Shown here: piece by piece, positions 7,663-15,840 of the stretch
Layout: each line of letters opens with the position of its first letter
Position numbering within the stretch: position 1 is the stretch's first letter
Assembly (NCBI GenBank): GCA_944329505.1
Contig: CALVIJ010000001.1
Span: 1-31,204, forward strand
Reading direction: 5' to 3'
DNA from: an uncultured Bacilli bacterium
Lineage (GTDB): Bacteria; Bacillota_I; Bacilli_A; RF39; UBA660
DNA: 31,204 nt
Notes under the pieces: generated by a model
What the model saw: only the letters and a program-made list of their open reading frames with translations
Told to the model about the DNA's origin: nothing
The model's database searches: none
Program-made: the position numbers and the translations under genes

Positions 7663-8286
7663 TTATAAAAGAACATCTACCTTTATATCACTACTAACCT
7701 TTAATATAAATTGATCTAAATCCTTTTTATCTCCAACTACCATTCCATAATGAATAGGAACTACAGATTTAGGTTTTATCTTATTTACAAAATCAGCGGC
7801 TTCCAAAGCATTCATCGTATAAGTTCCACCGATAGGAACAAAAGCCACATCTACATTTTCAAGCATAGACAAATTTTCATCAAGTGCATCAGTATCACCA
7901 GCCACATAATAACTTTTACCTTCAAAATTAAGTACATAGCCGGTCCAATTATTGTCCTTAGGATGAAATGGCTTATTTATATTATATGCATAAACAGTTT
8001 TAAAATTAATTACCCCAAAATTATATTCTTCCAAAGGTTTTACCTTAAAAATATTATTAGATTTAAAACCCACCTCTATACATTTATCATATATATCATA
8101 AGGACCAACTATAACTGTATTATCATTTTTAATATTCAAAATATCTTCTTTAGAAAAATGATCATAATGAGAGTGAGTTATAAATATATAATCTGCATCG
8201 TGTTTCTTTTCCATTTGAATTGGATCAAAATATATCTTTATATCTCCACTAATCAAAATACTACTTTGTACATTAACTGATATCAT
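7663..8286 (-). CDS. MBL-fold metallo-hydrolase (UlaG/Lactamase_B_3-like)
   Basis: ITHSHYDH, AGDTD, PIGGTYTM, PIHYG motifs. Confidence 0.9.
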   Translation of the reverse strand: MISVNVQSSILISGDIKIYFDPIQMEKKHDADYIFITHSHYDHFSKEDILNIKNDNTVIVGPYDIYDKCIEVGFKSNNIFKVKPLEEYNFGVINFKTVYAYNINKPFHPKDNNWTGYVLNFEGKSYYVAGDTDALDENLSMLENVDVAFVPIGGTYTMNALEAADFVNKIKPKSVVPIHYGMVVGDKKDLDQFILKVSSDIKVDVLL

Positions 8287-8294
8287 AATACCTC

Positions 8295-9860
8295 CTATAT
8301 CAAATTATTTTCCTTTAAAAACTCTTCAGCAACACTCTCAGGATTTTTACCTAATTCATCAACTTCATAATTTAACTCTTGAACACTTTCATTAGTTAAA
8401 TATCTCCCTAAATTATTCATAAGTTCTTCAAGTTCTGGATATTCTTCTAATACTGAATTTCTAATAACTGGGACCGCATAATAAGGTGGAAAGAAATTCT
8501 TATCATCTTCTAAAACAACTAACCCAAACTTTTTAAGTAATCCATCTGTCGTAAAGGCATCAATCACCTGACTATTATCATTCATTAAAGCTGTATATCT
8601 TGGACTACCGTCAATAGCAATCACCTCATTAAAATTAAGTCCATAAGCTTTATTAAGACCACTTAAGCCATCCTCACGATTAACAAACTCTAATGTTGGT
8701 GATATTTTTAACATACTAGAATATGGTACTAAATCAGAAATAGTCTTTAAATTGTATTTACTAGCTGTATCCTGTCTAACCGCCAAAGCATAAGTATTAT
8801 TGAAACTCATTTGCTTTAAAACCGCTAAATCATATTTACTATCAAACTCAGATTTAACCGTTTGATAAACCTTATTAACATCATTGATTGGTGAATAATC
8901 CAAAATATCCGTATAATCAGTTCCTAAATAATCGATATATAAATCTATATCTCCTCTTTGAATTGCTGAAAATACCACTTGCGCTCCTCCTAAATTACAT
9001 TTTCTATTAACCTTAATATCTGTATTTGCTTCTATATAATCAGCCGTCATCTCACATAAAATATTTTGCTCAGTAAAATCTTTACCACTTACAGTAATTG
9101 TTTTTGCATTACTATCACTAATTTCAATTGTACTTAAAAATACAAGACCAATTAAAATCAAAATAATAAATAACATTATCTTTTGTTTCTTACGTTTTTT
9201 CAAAACTTCTTCTCTTGATATTTCTTTCATTTGTAAACTTACAGGTGTTACTAACTTTTCAATCAAACCAAAGAAATAATCGACAACTAAAGCCAAAATA
9301 CAAGCAGGAATAGCTCCGGCTAAAATCTGATAATTATTAACTGTCCTAATACCAGAGAATATCAAATATCCAAGTCCGCCACCACCAATAAAGGCCGACA
9401 TTGTCATAAGTCCAACTGCCGAAACAGCTGAAATTCTAATACCAGCCATAATAACTGGTAGTGTTTGAGGTATTTGAATTTTAAACAAAATTTGTCTTTT
9501 AGTAAGACCAATTCCCTTAGCCGACTCTATCATCGTCTCACCAATACCATTAATTCCAGTATATGTGTTTTTAATAATTGGTAATAACGAATATAAAATA
9601 ACTACAATAATTGCTGGCACAGTTCCAATTCCAACAAAAGGTATCATAAAACCAAGTAAAGCCATCGATGGAACTGCTTGAATAACACTAGATAATCCAA
9701 GTGTCGGTTTAGAAAGTTTTTTAATATAACTAATAATTATTCCAATTGGTACTCCAATTAAAATAGAAAGTCCAACAGCTATAAAAGTCAGTTCAATATG
9801 TTCTAAAAATAAAGAAATAATTTGTTCATGATTTTGAATAACATAATCGATAAATCCCAT
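8295..9860 (-). CDS. Osmoprotectant (glycine betaine/choline/carnitine) ABC transporter, fused permease + substrate-binding protein
   Basis: OpuCB-like TM domain (IIKNTYTGI, ESAKGIGLT..QILFKIQIP, GGGGLG) fused to an OpuCC-like SBP (GKDFTEQ, SFNNTYALAV, FPPYYAVP). Confidence 0.9.
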   Translation of the reverse strand: MGFIDYVIQNHEQIISLFLEHIELTFIAVGLSILIGVPIGIIISYIKKLSKPTLGLSSVIQAVPSMALLGFMIPFVGIGTVPAIIVVILYSLLPIIKNTYTGINGIGETMIESAKGIGLTKRQILFKIQIPQTLPVIMAGIRISAVSAVGLMTMSAFIGGGGLGYLIFSGIRTVNNYQILAGAIPACILALVVDYFFGLIEKLVTPVSLQMKEISREEVLKKRKKQKIMLFIILILIGLVFLSTIEISDSNAKTITVSGKDFTEQNILCEMTADYIEANTDIKVNRKCNLGGAQVVFSAIQRGDIDLYIDYLGTDYTDILDYSPINDVNKVYQTVKSEFDSKYDLAVLKQMSFNNTYALAVRQDTASKYNLKTISDLVPYSSMLKISPTLEFVNREDGLSGLNKAYGLNFNEVIAIDGSPRYTALMNDNSQVIDAFTTDGLLKKFGLVVLEDDKNFFPPYYAVPVIRNSVLEEYPELEELMNNLGRYLTNESVQELNYEVDELGKNPESVAEEFLKENNLI

Positions 9861-9861
9861 A

Positions 9862-10980
9862 TTATTCCTCCTCTTCCAAGAACTGTTGACTTAAAGCCAT
9901 AATCAAACTACTTCTAGTAATTAAACCACATAAATGATTTTCATCGTCTAACACTGGAATATTTGAAAGCCTACTTTCAGTAACCATTTTAGCAAGTGTA
10001 GTAATCGAATCGCCCTTTTTAACTGTCGGTATATCTTTAAGCATATATTCAGAAACTTCTTTCTTCATACTTTCCTTATCAGTTATACTCTCCGCATACA
10101 AAACACCTAAAAAATTTTTATCTTCATCAACAACCATCAAACTATCAACTTTCATCATTTTCATCTTATTAAGACAGTAAAAAACTGAATAATTCGGAAA
10201 ACAAGTAACCGGTTTATCAATCATTATATCTTCTACCTTAATATACTTAGGACTAGTCCAAATTCTCTTCTTACCAACAAATGTCTTAACAAAATCATTT
10301 ACGGGATGTTTCAAAATATTTTCTGGAACATCATACTGTACTAACTGTCCATTATCAAATATAGCAATCTTGTCCGCAAGCTTAATAGCTTCATCCATAT
10401 CATGTGTAACAAAAACTATAGTTTTATGTAATTTACTCTGCAATTTTAAAAGTTCATCTTGTAAAGCAACCCTACTCATCGGATCTAATGCACTAAATGG
10501 CTCATCCATTAAAATAATATTGGGATTAGTAATAAAAGCCCTTGCAATTCCAATACGTTGTTGCTGCCCACCAGAAAGCTCACTAGGATATCTATCTAAT
10601 AAAGATTCATCTAATCCAATCATATCCATCATTTTTAAAGTTTCACTTTCAATCTGTTTCTCTGGCATTTTCAAAACCTTAGGTATAATTGTAATATTTT
10701 CTCTAACTGTCATATGAGGAAATAAACCTGTTTGCTGAATAACATATCCCATACCTCTACGAAGTTTAATTTCATCAATTGTTTTAATATCTTTTTCATC
10801 GATAAAAATATCTCCCTTAGTAGGAGTAATTAACTTATTTATCATTTTTAATAAAGTTGTTTTACCACATCCAGATTCTCCTATTAAAACCGTAAATTTC
10901 CCAGTTTCTATTTGTAATGAAATATCCTTTAAAACAACATTGTTCTTATATGCTTTTGATACTTTTTTAAATTCAATCAT
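9862..10980 (-). CDS. Osmoprotectant ABC transporter ATPase with tandem CBS domains (OpuCA-like)
   Basis: GESGCGKT, LSGGQQQR, LMDEPF, VTHD, C-terminal CBS pair. Start set at ATG 10980 (SD AGAGGT). Confidence 0.9.
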   Translation of the reverse strand: MIEFKKVSKAYKNNVVLKDISLQIETGKFTVLIGESGCGKTTLLKMINKLITPTKGDIFIDEKDIKTIDEIKLRRGMGYVIQQTGLFPHMTVRENITIIPKVLKMPEKQIESETLKMMDMIGLDESLLDRYPSELSGGQQQRIGIARAFITNPNIILMDEPFSALDPMSRVALQDELLKLQSKLHKTIVFVTHDMDEAIKLADKIAIFDNGQLVQYDVPENILKHPVNDFVKTFVGKKRIWTSPKYIKVEDIMIDKPVTCFPNYSVFYCLNKMKMMKVDSLMVVDEDKNFLGVLYAESITDKESMKKEVSEYMLKDIPTVKKGDSITTLAKMVTESRLSNIPVLDDENHLCGLITRSSLIMALSQQFLEEEE

Positions 10981-11039
10981 CGAATCATCTACCTCTATCA
11001 TAATTATATCATGCTTAAACAAACAAAAAACAGTAAATA

Positions 11040-11066
11040 AAAAAAATAGACACTTTAAGGTGTCTA
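11040..11066 (-). terminator. Terminator after dapF
   Basis: TAGACAC-N6-GTGTCTA followed by a T run. Confidence 0.75.
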
Positions 11067-11927
11067 GTCCAAATCAATTTCACCCTCAAAAATAGTTCTT
11101 GCTGGACCTTTCAAATATACATGATTATCTTCAAGTTTCCATTCTATTTCTAACTTACCACCAAGTAAATTAACAACAACATCTCTTTCCGTATAACCAT
11201 TTAAAATGCTGGCAACTACAGAAGCACAGGCTCCAGTACCACAAGCCAAAGTTTCTCCTACACCACGTTCCCAAACACGCATATTTATCTCATGATTACT
11301 AACAATATCAATAAATTCCACATTAGTTCTATTTGGAAAATAACTACTATTCTCAATAACAGACCCAACTTTTTCAATTTCGATTTTCTTAACATCATCT
11401 ATAAAACATATAGCATGCGGATTTCCCATAGAAACACAAGTAAATCTTACCTTATCATTAAAACTAGGTAAATCCATATTAACACTAGCAAACTTTATTC
11501 CATCTTTAATTTCTTCATTAAAATTCACTACCGGTATTTTATCAGCTTCTAATATAGGTTCACCCATATCCACCTTAACTAAAGAAACCTTGTCATTTTC
11601 TATAGTTAATTCTAAAGTTTTAATGCCTGCTAATGTTTCAATTGTAATATCCGTTTTATCGGTAAATCCCTTATCATAAACGAACTTACCAACACAGCGA
11701 ATTCCATTACCACACATCTCAGCTTGTGATCCGTCTGGATTATAAATATTCATTTTAAAATCAGCAATATCACTTTCACTAATTAAAATTAATCCATCAG
11801 AACCAACACCAAAATGTCTATCACTAATTTTTTTAGCAAGTTCACTAGGGTTTTCTATTCTTTGATTAATAGCATCGACATAAATATAATCGTTACCAAT
11901 ACCTTCCATCTTTGTAAATTTAAGCAT
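11064..11927 (-). CDS. dapF: Diaminopimelate epimerase
   Basis: [56 protein letters not shown]. Start ATG 11927 (SD GAGGTG). Confidence 0.95.
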   Translation of the reverse strand: MLKFTKMEGIGNDYIYVDAINQRIENPSELAKKISDRHFGVGSDGLILISESDIADFKMNIYNPDGSQAEMCGNGIRCVGKFVYDKGFTDKTDITIETLAGIKTLELTIENDKVSLVKVDMGEPILEADKIPVVNFNEEIKDGIKFASVNMDLPSFNDKVRFTCVSMGNPHAICFIDDVKKIEIEKVGSVIENSSYFPNRTNVEFIDIVSNHEINMRVWERGVGETLACGTGACASVVASILNGYTERDVVVNLLGGKLEIEWKLEDNHVYLKGPARTIFEGEIDLD

Positions 11928-11968
11928 ATCAATCACCTCTGATGCTTTTTAATTTTATATTTAAAAAT

Positions 11969-13174
11969 TTATTTTGTCAATTTCTTTAAATATAAATCGA
12001 TATTATAAGCTGCATCCCTACCAGAACGAGCCGCATAAGCCACAGTTCTCTCCTGACGGGATAAATCTCCACCTGCAAAAACTCCAGGTAAAGATGTCAT
12101 CTGCCTCTTGTCAGTTTTAATATATCCATCAACATCTAATTTAAGACCAAGTTTTTTAGTAATTTTTTCATCAGGTTTAGAACCGATTGCAAAAAACACA
12201 TAATCACATGGATAAACAAACTTAAATCCATCATTAGTCATTAAATATACCTTATAAATATTTCCATTTTTTATAATTTGTTTAACATTTGTATTAAAAA
12301 TAAATTCTATATTTTCTTTTTTAGACACCTCTACTTCACTTTTATTAGCTTTCATATCTTTTTCATTTCGGCGATAAACAACTAAAACATTTCCACCATT
12401 TTTCTTAGCTGTTCTAGCCATATCCATAGCTACATCGCCACCACCAACAACAATAACGTTTTTACCTTTAAAATCTAAAACCTTTTTACTTTCTAAAAAT
12501 TCATTAGCTCCATAAACATTATCTAAATTCTTACCTTTTATATTAGGTAATACTGATACATTAGCTCCAAAACCTAAAAATACAGCATCATATTCTTTTT
12601 TCAAATTTTTAAGCGTAATGTTTTTTCCAAGTTCAAAATTAAATTTAACTTCTATTCCTAAATCAATAATTCTTTTAAATGTTTTTTCTGCAATAACTTT
12701 ATCTAATCTAAAATCTGGAATTCCATGACTTATAATTCCACCAACATAATCGTATTTTTCATATATTGTAACACTATAACCTAATTTTCTTAAAAAAGCC
12801 GCACAAGTAAGACCAGCTGGTCCAGCTCCCACAATAGCCACTTTTTTATTATTTTCTTTAATCTCACTAAAAATAGGATAATTCTCATTAATAGCCTTAT
12901 CCCCAATAATTGCTTCAATTTTACCTATTTGAACCGGTTCACCTTTCAATCTTCTAACGCAATTGCCCTCACATTGTCTATCAAAAGGACAAATTCGTCC
13001 ACAAATAGAAGAAAGTACCGTTGTTTCACTAAGCACACTAAAAGCCTCTAGAAAATTATCTTCCTTAGCTAACTTAATTAACTTTGGAATATCATTTTCT
13101 AAAGGACAACCTTTTTTACAAGGTTTAGTAGGACAATTTAAACAATAATTAACTAATTCCTTAAAATCGTTCAT
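11969..13174 (-). CDS. FAD/NAD(P)H Fe-S oxidoreductase of the GltD/NfnB/PreT family
   Basis: CLNCPTKPCKKGCP and ICGRICP...QCEGNC cluster ligands; GAGPAG, GGGDVAMD, YRR, FAGGD motifs. Confidence 0.85.
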   Translation of the reverse strand: MNDFKELVNYCLNCPTKPCKKGCPLENDIPKLIKLAKEDNFLEAFSVLSETTVLSSICGRICPFDRQCEGNCVRRLKGEPVQIGKIEAIIGDKAINENYPIFSEIKENNKKVAIVGAGPAGLTCAAFLRKLGYSVTIYEKYDYVGGIISHGIPDFRLDKVIAEKTFKRIIDLGIEVKFNFELGKNITLKNLKKEYDAVFLGFGANVSVLPNIKGKNLDNVYGANEFLESKKVLDFKGKNVIVVGGGDVAMDMARTAKKNGGNVLVVYRRNEKDMKANKSEVEVSKKENIEFIFNTNVKQIIKNGNIYKVYLMTNDGFKFVYPCDYVFFAIGSKPDEKITKKLGLKLDVDGYIKTDKRQMTSLPGVFAGGDLSRQERTVAYAARSGRDAAYNIDLYLKKLTK

Positions 13175-13177
13175 AAA

Positions 13178-15019
13178 CTATTCCTTATTAATTGTAAATG
13201 TAACCTTATATTGACTACCCAAATCTAATTCATCAACATTTACAAAATATCCGTTTTGTTCTATTTTATCAGCGCAATCTCTAAGCATTTTAACAATTTG
13301 TGCGAAATGAGCAGGATTTGCAACTGGTTTAACATCCTGACTAATTGTACTAGCCATTGTTGGCGCTGGTGTGACTGATGGTTCAGAATGTATTGCATAT
13401 TCATTTAAAGCATCATCAGCAATAATATCAGTACTTGGAATAGATGCCTCTAGTGTAGAAGAACTAGGTTCTACTTCACTAACAGGTTCAGATATATTTG
13501 GAATAGAAGGTTCTGGAATAGGAGTAGGTGCTACCTCATTAACAGGGCTAGATACATTTTGAACTGACTCTACTGGAGTTAAAACATTAGGAGTAACTGG
13601 CTCTACCACTTCTTGTACTGGTGTAACAGTTTGGACAGGTTGAATTACTGGTTGTTCAGCGGGTGCTGAAGAAACCTCATTATTGTTTCTTTTAGCCTTA
13701 TTTTCATTATATCTTTTCAAAGCATCTGCTACCGCACTTGAAATAGCTTGCTTAGTATCATCGGAAATCACCTCAGATACAGCACTAGGTTCTTGAACCA
13801 CTCCTGGATTTTGTACAGGTTCTACTGGAGTTGAAACACTAGGGGCAACTGGCTCTACTGTTTCTTGTACTGGTGTCACTGAAGGTGTAGATTGAGTCAC
13901 CGGTTGCTCAGCAGATTTTACTAGCTCAGGTTGTAACCCAGCATTAGCCGTAGTTTGTAAAGACTCAGGTGTTTGCAAAGATACAGGCTGAGTAAACATA
14001 CTATCAAAAGTCACCACATTATTAGCTGGTTGTTGAACTGGTTTTACTGGTTCAGGTTGTGGTGCTACACTTATAAACTTACTAGGTTCTAAATTTGGAT
14101 TTTGTACAGGCTCTTCCCTAACAATCGGTTCACTTTGAACATCATTTCCTGGTTGCATTAAACCAGAAATATCTTTAGGTGCCTCTTGTGGCATATTAAT
14201 ATCCTTTGCTTCTCTCATAATTTTTTCTATATCCATACTTCCATTTCCCCTTTCTTCTCTTACAGGTTTTATATCTTCTACTACTTCGTCAAATAAACTT
14301 TCAATATCTTCCGGAGAACTTTTAACACTCTTAACCTCATTTGATACAGCATTATTCACTTGAGGTTGAATATCTATAGTTACAGGTTTAACAGGTCTAT
14401 TTTCTATTTTAGTTTCTTCACGTAACTTTTCTATTACTTTATCGGTCTGTTTAACTGTCAATCTCTCCTCGACAATCTTATGAAGCATTTCAACTTGTTT
14501 TTCCTTATCAGGTATTCTAAGTAAACTTCTCGCATGTCTTTCAGAAATCTTATTATTAAGTAAATAACTTTGAACTTCATCATCTAAATTTAATAATCTT
14601 ATTTTATTCGCAATCGTAGATTGAGCCTTACCTATCTTTTTAGCAAGCTCTTCTTGTGTAATATATCCCATGTCTAAAATCCGTTTATAAGAAACGGCTT
14701 CTTCAATAGGACTTAATTGTTGTCTTTGGATATTTTCAAGTAGTGCGATTTCTTCACTATCTTTATCCGATAAATTCACGATAATAGCAGGAATGGTAGA
14801 TTTGTTCGCAAGTTTACTAGCTTTAAAGCGTCGTTCACCCGCAATAATCTCATATTTATTGCTGACAGGTCTTACCACAATTGGCTGAATAACGCCATAC
14901 TTCGTGATCGAATCTGCTAGTTCTTCAAGTTTTTCGCCATCAAATTTAATTCGTGGCTGAAACCTGTTTGGTAAAATATCATTAATATTTAAAACCGTTA
15001 ATTGACCATTTTCGAACAC
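13178..15019 (-). CDS. noc: Noc-like ParB-family CTPase with a ~360-aa Pro/Val/Glu/Ser-rich insert
   Basis: PNRFQPR, IAGERRFKA, LLENIQR; HTH GKAQSTIANKIRLL...ISERHARSL (Noc-type, not ParB-type); C-terminus VDELDLGSQYKVTFTINKE resembles the Noc tail; position directly after rsmG. Confidence 0.75.
   Translation of the reverse strand: MFENGQLTVLNINDILPNRFQPRIKFDGEKLEELADSITKYGVIQPIVVRPVSNKYEIIAGERRFKASKLANKSTIPAIIVNLSDKDSEEIALLENIQRQQLSPIEEAVSYKRILDMGYITQEELAKKIGKAQSTIANKIRLLNLDDEVQSYLLNNKISERHARSLLRIPDKEKQVEMLHKIVEERLTVKQTDKVIEKLREETKIENRPVKPVTIDIQPQVNNAVSNEVKSVKSSPEDIESLFDEVVEDIKPVREERGNGSMDIEKIMREAKDINMPQEAPKDISGLMQPGNDVQSEPIVREEPVQNPNLEPSKFISVAPQPEPVKPVQQPANNVVTFDSMFTQPVSLQTPESLQTTANAGLQPELVKSAEQPVTQSTPSVTPVQETVEPVAPSVSTPVEPVQNPGVVQEPSAVSEVISDDTKQAISSAVADALKRYNENKAKRNNNEVSSAPAEQPVIQPVQTVTPVQEVVEPVTPNVLTPVESVQNVSSPVNEVAPTPIPEPSIPNISEPVSEVEPSSSTLEASIPSTDIIADDALNEYAIHSEPSVTPAPTMASTISQDVKPVANPAHFAQIVKMLRDCADKIEQNGYFVNVDELDLGSQYKVTFTINKE
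13557..13879 (-). repeat. Two 71-bp imperfect direct repeats (13557-13627 and 13809-13879) in the noc linker
   Basis: About 12 mismatches in 71 by manual alignment. They encode VTPVQETVEPVAPSVSTPVEPVQN and VTPVQEVVEPVTPNVLTPVESVQN. Confidence 0.9.
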
Positions 15020-15050
15020 AATCCACCCCTCCCTTCTATTCTTTTACTTT

Positions 15051-15079
15051 ATAATACTATTTTTCGGGAAATAATTCAA
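15051..15079 (-). promoter_or_regulatory. noc promoter containing an NBS-like site (15059-15072) in its spacer
   Basis: TTGAAT-17 nt-TATTAT. The spacer contains ATTTTTCGGGAAAT, 12/14 to the Noc-binding palindrome ATTTCCCGGGAAAT. Confidence 0.6.
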
Positions 15080-15100
15080 CAGTTATACAAAATTTAAAGA

Positions 15101-15131
15101 AAAAACTTTACCAACTACATTTGGTAAAGTT
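15101..15131 (-). terminator. Terminator after mnmG-rsmG
   Basis: 11-bp stem AACTTTACCAA / TTGGTAAAGTT with a 6-nt loop and a T run on the minus strand. Confidence 0.8.
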
Positions 15132-15141
15132 CATAAAATTT

Positions 15142-15840
15142 TTATAAAGGCTTTTTCTTTATTTCTGCATATCTTCTTGGGTATTTAGAATTTGTCTTCT
15201 CCAACTTAATAACATCAACTAAAGTTCTATTACTTTCTTCAAAAGGTAATTTAAACTCTAATATTTTATTAATTTTGGAATTTAATACCTTTAAAGCATT
15301 TATTCCATCAGAACTATCATCTAACCCTCTCATCGCAATCAAATGCCCATTAACTTTTAAAAGTGGTATTCCATATTCAAGTAATACCGGAAAACTAGAT
15401 AAAGCTCTAGCTGTAACCACATCAAAACATTCTCTATGGTCTCTTCCATACTCTTCCGCACGCGCATGCACTAAAGTCACATCTTTCAAACCTAATTCTT
15501 TAACTATAATATCTAAAAATTTAATTCTTTTATTTAATGCATCAACCAAAGTAAGTTTTAACTGTGGAAAAAATATTTTAAGTACAATTCCAGGAAAACC
15601 CGCACCTGTTCCTAAATCACATAAACTATCTATTTTACTTAAATTGGTTATCTTAACTAAAGTTAAACTGTCATAAAAATGTTTTAAAAACACCTCATTT
15701 TTCTCAGTTATTGCTGTTAAATTAATCTTTTCATTCCACTCTTTTAATAAATCCGCATACTTTTCTAATTTAATAATCTCATCATCAGTAACTGAAATAC
15801 CTAATTTTAATACTTCTTCTTTAAATTCTTCTATATTCAT
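15142..15840 (-). CDS. rsmG: 16S rRNA m7G527 methyltransferase
   Basis: WNEKINLTAI, KHFYDSL, DLGTGAGFPG, ARAEE, VTARA; ATGA overlap with mnmG. Confidence 0.95.
   Translation of the reverse strand: MNIEEFKEEVLKLGISVTDDEIIKLEKYADLLKEWNEKINLTAITEKNEVFLKHFYDSLTLVKITNLSKIDSLCDLGTGAGFPGIVLKIFFPQLKLTLVDALNKRIKFLDIIVKELGLKDVTLVHARAEEYGRDHRECFDVVTARALSSFPVLLEYGIPLLKVNGHLIAMRGLDDSSDGINALKVLNSKINKILEFKLPFEESNRTLVDVIKLEKTNSKYPRRYAEIKKKPL

Noticed and set aside
7663-8286. MBL hydrolase as a beta-lactamase or anti-defence nuclease
   Set aside because: The motifs match the common housekeeping UlaG/Lactamase_B_3-like family, and it sits in the opu operon with no defence or phage context.
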